Below, piece by piece: positions 10,611-20,000 of a stretch of DNA of 20,000 bases. The position numbers and the translations under genes were made by a program. Origin of the DNA: Lama guanicoe (taxonomy: Eukaryota); contig MU056050.1 in the NCBI GenBank assembly GCA_013239625.1, forward strand, positions 4,447,415 to 4,467,414, given 5' to 3'. Within the stretch, counting starts at the first letter, position 1. The number at the start of each line of letters is the position of its first letter. A model generated the notes under the pieces. The model saw only the letters and a program-made list of their open reading frames with translations. It made no database searches and was not told the origin of the DNA.

Positions 10611-10657
10611 GGTATTGGATGTGGAGTTATATAAAAATGAATGTCACTGGAATGTGA
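10611..10657 (+). CDS. Candidate terminal coding exon (GYWMWSYIKMNVTGM*) of the same model
   Basis: Acceptor ttttattgtag| after a ~50-nt AG-free stretch in a repeat-free island. The phase-1 join to 4103 reads 15 codons to tandem stops TGA TAA. An alternative last exon exists at 4353. Confidence 0.25.
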
Positions 10658-10944
10658 TAATATGACTTTAAGAAATTTGATTCTGAATCCTCCCATTCAT
10701 TAATTTTTGCATACCCTGTTTGTTGACATATCAGTGAAACTTCAAATGATTCAGCAGTTAAACTGACATTACATAATAGATACTTGAAAATGATTTCTGG
10801 AGCTTTTCCAATTCTGAGGAAAAGCTGATTCAAGGAATAGGTCTATCACTGTCTAGTCAAAATTTGACCCTTTATAATGAGACCTGTAGGTCCGAGGATG
10901 CACTTTTGGTGAATGGCTAAGGTGGATTTGTTCTCTAGAGAAAG

Positions 10945-11220
10945 TAATGACAGCTAACTGGAGTATGGTGCTTACTCTGTGCTAAGTTACTTTAGTGTTG
11001 TAGGTTCTACACTCATGTTAACTCATCTCACTCTGTCAACAACCCTAGGGAGAATTTAATATATTATTCCCCCATTTTATTGGTAAGGAAATTGAAGGGC
11101 AGAGAAGTTAAGTCACTTGTCTAAGGTCCTATCACTAGTAAATGGGAGAGACAGTATTATGAATTCTATAGACTGGCTCCAGAATCCACATGCTTGGCTA
11201 CTCTAATCCGCTACCTCTTG
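10945..11220 (-). mobile_element. MIR SINE, near full length
   Basis: aacaaccctagg...attattccccattttattggtaaggaaattgaagggcagagaagttaagtcacttgtctaaggtc...ctggctccagaatcc. Confidence 0.88.
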
Positions 11221-11552
11221 TTAGAATGAAAAGCTTCTAAGCATTTGACTGAAACATGTTGGTCTCTTCTTCCCTCTGCCCCTTCCTCCTTCTGCCCTCT
11301 GAGCTGATTCACTGAGTGACCCTGCTTTTCCCTCCTCCGTCCGACATTGTAGGCTCCCCTTATCACAGGTGGTCATGAAACTAGAAACACATTAATGTGT
11401 AACTCCGTGAATAAACCAGGTTTACATAAAGCGATGACTTTGTAAGAGTCTAACACATATGCTGTGACTTCCTGTTTTTAATGCCTTGAATAGTCATTGG
11501 TGCTCAACAATATTTTTAGCTTGCATTTCAAATTGTTATTCCTTATCCGCTT

Positions 11553-11655
11553 GTAAACAACTTTATTGAGATATAATTTACATCTCATGAAATTTACCCA
11601 TCATAAGGCTGTGATTCAATTATATTTAATTTATAAAATTTCAGTTATGCAATTA
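11553..11655 (-). mobile_element. Short L1 extreme 3' end (L1MA/MB-type)
   Basis: aacaactttattgagatataatttacatctcatgaaatttacccat. Confidence 0.75.
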
Positions 11656-11961
11656 AATCTGAGATGTGGATGAAAAGGGCATGGTGACAAATCTGGTTTC
11701 TAGAAATGAAGTACAAGATGGTGAATTTATCTTTGACAGAAAGCAAGGCAAGGGCCTGGTTATCAAAACCAGGCTTGAATTAGCATAGGATCATTTGATG
11801 CTGATTCATACTGAAATAGAGCTCCCTAATTCTCTTGCTTAAATTCAGGATTAGTTCCACATTTGTGAACTTTCAACCAAGGACCGAGAGCTATATAGAT
11901 GGCTGTTGACACAGGGAACCTGGCAGAGCCTGACAGATTTAAGTTCTCTAGGGTGAAGCTC

Positions 11962-12625
11962 TGTTTTGATCTGTGCTCACCAGAAAACAGATCTGATGCC
12001 GAAAGCTTCCATGCAATTGTTTTATAAGAGAATTCAATTTCAGGGATCAGGAGTGAGGGACAAGGAGAGAAAATCAGGGAAAGAGGGGAAGCTAAGATGA
12101 GGAGGTATTACTGAGCTGACCACTGCTAAAGGAGATTGTCCGATTCTTAGAACTGGTGGTCTGTGCCACTCTACCTTACACAGGCCTTGTGTAGACTATC
12201 CCTGGAGGGGAAGGGCATGGGGAGAAAGCAGAAGGAATCATTTGTTCACTTGTTCCTCCCATCGGTCAAAGGTTTACTCATGGGGCTTTAGTTCCTCAGT
12301 ATTTCTAAGTTGGCCTTATATGGGCAAGGGCAGTGATCCCATGACAGTGTTAACAGGAAACCCTGGGGCCAGATGCAAAAAGTGTGCTGTGAGGGCAGGA
12401 TGCCAGAGACACTAAGGTTGTACCTGTCAAAAGTTGGTCGGAGCCAAGGTGACCATATAACTTATAGTTCATATTGGAACACTTGCAGGAGTGAAAGGGG
12501 GTGGTGTTAATAATTAAAATGAGACAACAGATTTACAAACTCCCCAGTGAAACCAAACTGATGTATGATCATTTAATCAGACCCAGGCACAGGTGAGGTG
12601 AGGAGGGGATCATAGGTGATTTATA
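11962..12625 (-). mobile_element. ERVL-type solo LTR (LTR16/LTR33-like), interrupted by MER94
   Basis: tgttttgatctgtgctcaccagaaaacaga...tgcaattgttttat...caggagtgagggacaaggagag...tattactgagctgaccactgct...cccatcggtcaaaggttt resembles antisense LTR16/33-family consensus. Confidence 0.6.
12446..12576 (+). mobile_element. hAT-Blackjack MITE (MER94-like)
   Basis: aggtgaccatataacttat...gagtgaaagggggtggtgttaataatta...gtatgatcattt with decayed terminal inverted repeats; 8-bp TSD tcggagcc/tcagaccc. Confidence 0.8.
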
Positions 12626-12870
12626 AGAAGTGTTTGAGAAGTTTCTTTCATTAATAAATATGAAAAATTTTATGTAATGAAGAAGATGCCTTTTTTTGTT
12701 TTTCTTTAAGCAGCGTTTTTGGTTTTTCTCCAGAGTCTTCAGCAGAAGCCAACTATGTGGAACAAATTAAATCAGAGCTGCTGTTGTTGAAGTCGGAAAG
12801 TAGCACTCAAAGATCTACCTTTTTGTGTCCTTTTGACAATCTATCCCCTATTTTGGAGAAACCTTTAGAG

Positions 12871-13176
12871 CAGTGCTGCCCTGTGGAAATGTAATGTGAG
12901 CTACAAGTGTGAGAAATGTTAAGTGACTTTAAATTTCCTAGTAGCCATGTTAAAAATGTAAGAAGAAAATGGAGCAGTTAATTTTAGTGCTATATTTAAT
13001 TAACGCAATATATAAAAGATACTAGCATCATTATATGAAAATTATTAATATTTACCTTTTGAACTAAATCTTCAAACTATAATGTGTGTTTTGCAATGAA
13101 TTGAAATTTGGACTAGCCACGTTTCAAGTGCTCAATAGCCACATGTGGCCAGTGGTGGCCTTATTAAACAGCAGCA
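12871..13176 (-). mobile_element. hAT-Charlie MITE (MER33-like)
   Basis: cagtgctg...gtaatgtgagctac...taaatttcctagtagccatgttaaaaa...ggactagccacgtttcaagtgctcaatagccacatgtggccagtgg. Confidence 0.85.
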
Positions 13177-13576
13177 CGACTACTCGTGAGAGCACAGTTT
13201 GAAACCTTTTGCAATAAAGGGATGCTTTATCGAGGACTGCTCATTTCTTTCCAATGTACTACTATCCATAGAGAAAGAAGTTTTCAAGTTTTGCTTATTA
13301 ATTCCAAATAGATATGGAGAAAGGATACAGGAAAGAAAAAGTTAATTTTTTTACTATGAATTTTCATATTTGGGAAGAATTGACTACCTTGACCTCTTTA
13401 CCCAATGAGATTTCCAAGGGAACATAAAGACATATTTGTTTAATAAAATCAAATAAGCTTTAATTTTAATACCATTTAAATAATATGATTATGACCTCAA
13501 TCTGATTGAGTTAAATCCTTTTTGGTATGATAGTTCTAGCTCTTAATGTTTCAATGCATATTAGGATGTACTTTTT

Positions 13577-14014
13577 TTTAATTGAGGTATAGTCAGTTTA
13601 CAATGTTGTGTCAATTTCTGGTGTACAGCACAGTGCTTCAGTCATACATAAATATACATATATTCATTTTCATATTCTTTTCACTGTAAGCTAATAAGAT
13701 ATTGAATATAGGTCCCTGTGCTATACAGTATAAACTTGTTTATCTATTTTATATATATTGGTCAGTATCTACAAATCTCGAACTCCCAGTTTATCCCTTC
13801 CCGCCTCCTTTCCCCTTGGCAACTATAAGTTTGTTTTCTATGTCTGTGAGTTTGTTTCTGTTTTGTAAATAAGTTCTTTTTTTTTTTTTTTTAGATTCCA
13901 CATATAAGTGGTATCATACGGTATTTTTCTTTCTATTTCTGGCTTACTTACCTAGAATGACATTCCCCAGGGCCATCCATGTTGCTGCAAATGGCATTAT
14001 TTTATCGTTTTTTA
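13577..14014 (-). mobile_element. 5'-truncated lineage-specific L1 3' end
   Basis: L1 3' UTR and ORF2 end in antisense. Perfect 14-bp TSD aggatgtacttttt at 13563-13576 and 14015-14028; TT/AAAA endonuclease site on the minus strand. Confidence 0.95.
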
Positions 14015-14067
14015 AGGATGTACTTTTTAATGATTGTTTAAAAAAATTCATAAGAAATCCACATTTT

Positions 14068-14420
14068 CAAAGGTGGGGATTGGAGGAGAGGGAATTGGAT
14101 GAAGGTGATCAAAAGGTACAAAATTTGAGCTATAAGATCAATAAATTCTACGAGGGATGTTATGTACAACATGACGACTGTAGCTAGCACTGCTGTATGG
14201 TATCTTTGAAAGCTGTTAAGACAGTAAATCCTAAGAGTTCTCATGACAAGGAAAAATACATTTTTTCTTCTTTTTGTGTCCATATGAGATGGTGGATGTT
14301 AACTAGACTTATTGTAGTGATCATTTAAATATATATATATATAAGTCAAAACATTATGCTGTACACCTTAAACTTATCCAGTGCTGTATGTCAATTATAT
14401 CTCAATAAACCGAGGGAGAA
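14068..14420 (+). mobile_element. 5'-truncated L1 3' UTR (L1MA9-like)
   Basis: gatgaaggtgatcaaaaggtacaaa...cctaagagttctcatgacaagg...tgtcaattatatctcaataaa. Perfect 16-bp TSD aagaaatccacatttt at 14052-14067 and 14421-14436. Confidence 0.93.
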
Positions 14421-14646
14421 AAGAAATCCACATTTTGGTTTTCTATATCTGTCTAGTAAAAGCTGAATGAAATATCTCTCCCAGTGAGGGAACCAAAAAA
14501 CAAAATCAAATAGAAATCTTCCCCTTTGGGTTTCTATGCTCTTATCTTAAAATGGTAAACTCTCATCTAGTCTGCTTATTCTTCTGAGGGTTTTATTTCC
14601 AGTTATTTTGTTATTTTACCAATCATAGGGATAAGTTGCTCTAAAC

Positions 14647-14842
14647 TAGTGGTTTCCAACTTTGTAAACTTTATAGAAACAAATCTCAGGGACATTTTAT
14701 AGAAATAAAATCGTATAAGTATAATATGTTCAACAGGTAAAAGCAAATCTTTTCAGGAGGTGTCACTTTCTGCTTTAATTTTCCCCCTTGAGAACACTCT
14801 GTATAACCCTAGGTTTTCCTGAGCACAGTTTGACAAATATTG
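14647..14842. mobile_element. hAT-Charlie-type MITE (subfamily uncertain)
   Basis: Decayed TIRs tagtggtttccaact / agtttgacaaatattg; 8-bp TSD ctctaaac (14639-14646) / ctttaaac (14843-14850). Confidence 0.7.
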
Positions 14843-15019
14843 CTTTAAACCATGAACATCTTCTCACCCCATTCCTTTTAAAATCAATAGCACACATTTT
14901 CCAGGAGGTTGACATAAATTATGTTTAGAGAACCAGCCTTTGAATATAGTGTGTGTGAATCCAAGCTACATGGTTCAAAGATGGGACAAATTGCCTTGGT
15001 CCCATTAATACCTTCCTCA

Positions 15020-15330
15020 GTTCCATTCAATTCAATTCAAAAGTGTTTTATTGGATGCAGGCATGCTCAACAAACTGTGAGATGGTAAGAAAAATAGGGA
15101 TAAATTAGACAAGGTCTGTCTTCAAAGAAAGTATCATGTTCTGAACAGCTAAATACATGATTACGTAGCTTAATTATAAAGTATGGATAATCTAGATAGT
15201 CAGCCATTCAACAAATATTCACTGAGGCCTAGAATATTAGAGAAAATATACTGTGTGAGGCGGGGAATGAAAGGATGGAAAATTAAATAAGTGCATTTTC
15301 ATCCTCAAAGAACCCATATCAAGGAAGAGA
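15020..15330 (-). mobile_element. Two decayed L2 3' end fragments
   Basis: cattcaattcaattcaaaagtgttttattgg...agacaaggtctgtcttcaaag and cattcaacaaatattcactgaggcct...atcctcaaagaaccca. Confidence 0.55.
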
Positions 15331-15941
15331 GAGTTAAAAACCTATACCTTCATGCTGATTCACACCTTAGGTAATTGCTATTATTGTGTAAAATAAAAGG
15401 ATACTGTTCTGTATACGTGTGGCTCATAGCATTGGCATTGTTTAATCTTATGCTCTGGAAGCATCAATAGCCTGTTATTGCAGTTTGCTTTGCACTGTTA
15501 GTAGTGGAGTAGTGATTATTAATTTTTTTATATCTGTGGAAAATTGGAATAGCATAAAACCTATAATTTAAGATTCTGCTGTTGACTTATTGTATTAATG
15601 GCCCAAATTTAATGAGTAGAGTTAACACTTCCATTGATCAGTTGTCACATTTCAGCTATGTGTCTCCCAGGAATCAAAATAAACAAGACAATCCACTGAG
15701 CACTGAAAATAGTTCATGAACTTGATCCAAACACCTCCTTCAAGCCATCATGGAAGAGCCAATTGACTTAGCATTATTTTTAAAAGTATGTTTGCTGATG
15801 TAGTGATTTTTGTTAACTGCTTTATTACAGCTGTTACCATAATATATATAAAGCTGCAGTTAAGGAGAAGGTATCTTAGAAGAGGTTGATAGACTGAGCA
15901 GTGACAAGGGAGAAGACAGAGACAGTAGAATCAACAACTTC

Positions 15942-16310
15942 CTTAACTCAGACAAAGAAAGACAAATATCATATATCACTTATATGTGGAATCTAAAAAA
16001 ATTGTACAAATCTTATTTACACCTCTGAAATAGACTCACGGACATAGGAAACAAACTATGGTTATCAAAGGGGAAAGGGCAGGGGAGGGATAAATTAGGA
16101 GTTTGGGATTAACAGAATCATATTACTATATATAAATTAGATAAACAACAAAGACCTACTGTAGAGAACAGGGAACTGAATTCAATTTCTCATAATAACA
16201 TATAATGGAAAAGAATTTGAAATATATATATTTATATGTATAACTGAATCGCTTTGCTGCACACTTGAAACTAACATTGTAAATCAACTACACATCAATA
16301 AAAAAAAAAA
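15942..16310 (+). mobile_element. 5'-truncated L1 3' end with poly(A) tail
   Basis: tcagacaaagaaagacaaatatcat...tatatgtggaatctaaaaa...aataaa plus poly(A). Perfect 15-bp TSD agaatcaacaacttc at 15927-15941 and 16311-16325. Confidence 0.95.
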
Positions 16311-18047
16311 AGAATCAACAACTTCTTATGTAACAGCAAACATTCCTCAGCAGCTAAGTAACTCCAGAGAGGCATAAAGGAACAACGACAAATAAAAAGC
16401 ATAAAAATTGAAACCCATACAGTTGATCTTCCTCTTACAGGAGTAGATCCTTAACCCAAATAGAGCACTAGATGATGGCACATATTAGTATGTAGAGGAA
16501 AAGTTTGAAAGGGAAATCAGAGTCCCTTATCTACTGGGTTGGCCTTCTCCTCCAATCCTCCCAACTCACCTGGCGAAAAGCAGGTTCACTGGGACTTGAC
16601 TAGGCACTTCAAAGAATCTCCAACTCCTCTGCTGCATCTTTCAGAATGAAGAACATCTGCCAGTTGCAGCTAACATTAAGATTTAATTGAGGATGAAAAT
16701 AGGAGGATGTTTAAGTGTGTGGTTTGACAAATTGTTATCCAATAATGTGAGGGAATAAAGTGTTCTGAGGAATCAAAAATCTACTTAGTAGATATTTATC
16801 ATAGACTGTACATATATCACTATTATTCATAAAATTACAATCTAAATAAAATAGATTTCATACAGACTGTGTGTGCTAGGCATAATGTAATCTTTCCTTG
16901 TTGATGGAGGAAAACACTTCAGTATCATGTACATCTTTTTGGCTATAATTATGAATATAACTTCTTCCAGCAAATAGAGAATTCCAGTTGGATTTTCTCT
17001 ATTTTTTTTGATTTTCTCTATTTAGACAATTTTATTTGGTTTATGAGACATAGTCAAATGAATAGGAACAAAATTTATTGAGCATCATCCATCATAATTT
17101 GTCATCTGAATACTGGGTTTCTGTCCTCATGGCTACGAAACAATGAAAAGATAATTTATATCAAAATGAATAGGTATATATGTATTCCTTTCTGAATTAA
17201 GGTTTGTCTGTGCTTTTCATCATTTATATTTAATTCTAAAATATTGTAATAATAATGTATTTTCATTCTACTATTGACCTCATACACAAGGAGACAGTTT
17301 GCCAGTATTACGATTCACTATGCATAAAACTCAGAAGGCTGTTGTAAAATCTTTAAATCACAAATCATCATGGATAAAAATGAATAGTAGAACCAAAATG
17401 CAAGGTTATAAAAACTACTATCAAGAAGTAAATGTCATGAAAATATAAATTATTTTTCACTGAGCAGGGTAACAACACGAATAAGAGAACATATAATAAA
17501 TAACTTGTTATGATAAATTCAGCACAGTAAAACAATTCATTGAAAACTTGTGATAAAATATTCAGTGTACAACATACATAAATATACCTTAGAACTGTTT
17601 AAAAGGCCCCTTTACTTTAACAGCAAGTCACGTAAATTGTCAACAGTGATTTAAATAACTATGAGGAAAACTGAGTCTGATACTTACCCTTTATCATTAT
17701 CTTTTTTTTAATTTAAAAGATGAGAAAGCCTTACAGTTTAAAATTATATGCAGTGTTTGGAAGTCTCCAATGTATTTCTGAATCTGATACTTAATATTAC
17801 TTTGATTATGATGGTCCTTAGGATAAACATCACTACTCCAAAAATCATAGCTTCCATGACGTTTTCTCTTATTTGAGGGGAACATAAGAGGAAGTGATAA
17901 AGTCTTCAATTTCCCCATCTGGCCTCTTTACTTTGTCAATTTGTTTTGATGAATATTAAAACCAGTGTCTGCAAGTATTTACCAAATCAGTACTTAGATG
18001 ACATAGGCTTATAATAAAAATCACCTGGGGCTTTAAAAATGTGGATT

Positions 18048-18318
18048 TGCAAATCTCAAACTCAATTTATCCTTTCCACTGCTTTCTGAGATTTGCAGAT
18101 ACTAACTACTACATGTAAAATAGATAAACAACAAGTTTATACTATACAGCACAGAAAACTATATTCAATATCTTGTAGTAACCTATAATGAAAAACAATA
18201 TAAAAGGAATATATGTATGTACATGTATAACTGAAATATTATGCTGTACACTGGAAATTGACACAACATTGTAAACTGGCTATACTTTAACAAAACATTT
18301 CTTTAAATAAAATAAAAC
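18048..18318 (+). mobile_element. Short L1 3' UTR insertion with a ~40-bp inverted 5' segment
   Basis: Sense gagatttgcagatactaactactac...gatagataaacaacaagtt...acacaacattgtaaact from 18088, preceded by antisense tgcaaatctcaaactcaatttatcctttcc (18048-18077). Confidence 0.85.
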
Positions 18319-18517
18319 ATATCATATATCAGAGACTGTGCTAAATATGTGCTAAATGATCACTGAGTTCTACTAACTGTAGAAGGCTAGAAGGTACAAG
18401 GATAGGTTTTATTAACTCCAATATAAAAAATGGTTTTGATCAATAGTCCTGAAGAGGAAGTGATGACACATGTGGGAATCACTTGGGATACTTTCAAACA
18501 ACTGTGCAAAAAAAAAT

Positions 18518-18542
18518 ACACACACACACACACACACACACA
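18518..18542. repeat. (CA)n microsatellite, about 12 units
   Basis: Read directly from the sequence. Confidence 0.95.
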
Positions 18543-18634
18543 TATCTGGAGGTGTACACAAAAAAATTGAAACTGCTTTTGCACTCTTATCTAGAGGAAC
18601 AAGGGCAAAGACTTGAGCATTTCACTTCTCACTT

Positions 18635-19506
18635 TATTGCCAACACTGCTTATTGTCTCCCCCAAAGCCATTCCCCCTTCTTCAGTAATGCTTCCCACAT
18701 TTGTAGCCAGACACATGGCTGTCCAGACTAAAGACTCCACTTCTCAGCCTCCTCAAAGCTCGATTTGGCCATGGGACTGTTTCATCTACCTCTGTGATGT
18801 GGTGCAGGAGGATTTTGTGTGCTATACCAGTTTGCTAGGGCTGCCATTACAAAATATCACAAATTGAGGGCTTAAACATTGGAAATTTCTGTCTCACTAT
18901 TCTGGAGGCTAGAAGCCCAAAATCAAAGTGTCAGCAGGGTCAGTTCCTTTTCAGAGCCGTGAGAGAATTATCTGTTCCAAACCTCTCTCCTTGGCTTACA
19001 GAGGACCATGTTCTCCCTATGTGTGTGTACGTCTGTTGTCCAAATATAAGGACACCAGTCATTTTGAATTTGAGTCACCCTAATGACCTCAACTTAACTA
19101 ATACATCTGCAAATACCCTATTTCCAATAAGGTAACATTCTGAGGTACCTGGGTTAGGACTTCAACATATAAATTTTGGAGTATATAGATTAACTTGTAA
19201 TGTGATTCCTCAGAAATGTCTTTAAATGGGACACAGAGGTGAGTACTTTCCTTCAGTGTTTCCCCCTTCCTCTATGACAGAATACAAATGTGATGTATAG
19301 AACTCCAGATGATGTGGTAAGACACGTGGCAGATCAACCAGATAGAAGGGGCCTAGGTCCTTGAAAATATAGAGGCAACCCAGCCATTCCTGAACTACTA
19401 ATCTCCAGATTTGGTATACATGAGAAATAAATATACTTCTATCTTGTTTCAATGACTGTTACTTTGAATTTTCTTTTACAAGCAAATGACCCAATCCTGG
19501 TGCATA
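18635..19506 (+). mobile_element. Older MaLR LTR (MLT1J-like) split by the MLT1B-like insertion
   Basis: cacatggctgtccagactaaagactccacttctcagcctcc...tggccatgggac on the left; agatagaaggggcctaggtccttga...catgagaaataaatatacttctatcttgttt on the right. Confidence 0.75.
18823..19202 (-). mobile_element. MaLR solo LTR (MLT1B/C-like)
   Basis: agtttgctagggctgccattacaaaatatcacaaa...ttctggaggctagaagcccaaaatcaaagtgtcagcaggg...tataaggacaccagtcat...aataaggtaacattctgaggtac...ggttaggacttcaacatat. Confidence 0.9.
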
Positions 19507-19550
19507 TTTAAAACTGCTTACTATGTTTTGAATTACTTTTCCACATGCAT

Positions 19551-20000
19551 TTATTTTATTTTATTTTTTAACATTTTTTATTGATTTATAATCATTTTAC
19601 AATGTTGTGTCAAATTCCAGTGTTCAGCACAATTTTTCAGTCATTCATGGACATATACACACTCATTGTCACATTTTTTACTCTGTGATTTATCATAATA
19701 TTTTGTGTATATTTCCCTGTGCTATACAGTGTAATCTTGTTTATCTATTCTACAATTTTGAATTCCCAGTCTATCCCTTCCCACCCTCTACCCCTCTGGT
19801 AATCACAAGTCTGTATTCTCTGTCCATGAGTCTATTTCTGTCCTGTATTTATGTTTTGTTTTTGTTTGTTTGTTTGTTTTTGTTTTTTAGATTCCACATA
19901 TGAGCGATCTCATATGGTATTTTTCTTTCTCTTTCTGGCTTACTTCACTTAGAATGACATTCTCCAGGAGCATCCATGTTGCTGCAAATGGCATTATGTT
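19551..20000 (-). mobile_element. Young lineage-specific L1 3' end (runs off the window)
   Basis: T-rich tail then antisense 3' UTR and ORF2 end (ttagattccacatatgagcgatctcatatggtatttttc...catccatgttgctgcaaatggcatt), closely related to the copy at 13577-14014. Confidence 0.95.

Noticed and set aside
10627..10833. 68-aa minus-strand ORF
   Set aside because: Non-ATG start, no clear splice sites and no recognisable product.
12711..12870. Acceptor-like tract followed by an open frame (SVFGFSPESSAEANYVEQIKSELLLLKSES...)
   Set aside because: No convincing donor, the frame runs into MER33, and its phase does not fit the 4103 donor.
13957..14283. Two overlapping ORFs
   Set aside because: They span the junction of two L1 3' ends.
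17697..17918. 73-aa minus-strand ATG ORF
   Set aside because: No recognisable protein; it stops just before a splice donor. Kept only as a possible non-coding exon.
18337..18357. Tandem tgtgctaaat duplication
   Set aside because: Ordinary short slippage duplication.
18387..19903. Five ORFs of 65-98 aa
   Set aside because: They derive from the (CA)n repeat, MaLR LTRs and antisense L1.
1..20000. CRISPR array, tRNA/rRNA, CpG island or intact transposase/RT gene
   Set aside because: No regularly spaced repeats, no RNA-gene signatures, strong CpG depletion and no ORF over 100 aa.

Overview
AT-rich, CpG-poor mammalian genomic DNA. The younger L1 3' ends and the absence of recognisable Alu, BovB/Bov-tA, PRE1 or Can-SINE copies suggest a camelid-like cetartiodactyl (inference). 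Much of the window is interspersed repeat: L1 3' ends (four with visible target-site duplications), MIRs, L2, MaLR/ERVL solo LTRs and hAT MITEs, with several nested insertions. No prokaryote-type system (CRISPR, operon, IS) and no RNA gene is visible. The main non-repeat signal is a cluster of + strand GT-AG exon candidates: 1557-1568, 1724-1861, 3451-3618 and 3986-4103. They splice in phase into one open frame of 145 aa plus an uncertain last exon (about 160 aa in total) that I cannot assign to a known gene. An extra in-phase exon at 3824-3892 carries a TGA, and weaker splice signals hint at an antisense transcript. Repeat subfamily names come from recalled consensus sequences, and repeat boundaries are approximate unless a TSD is given.
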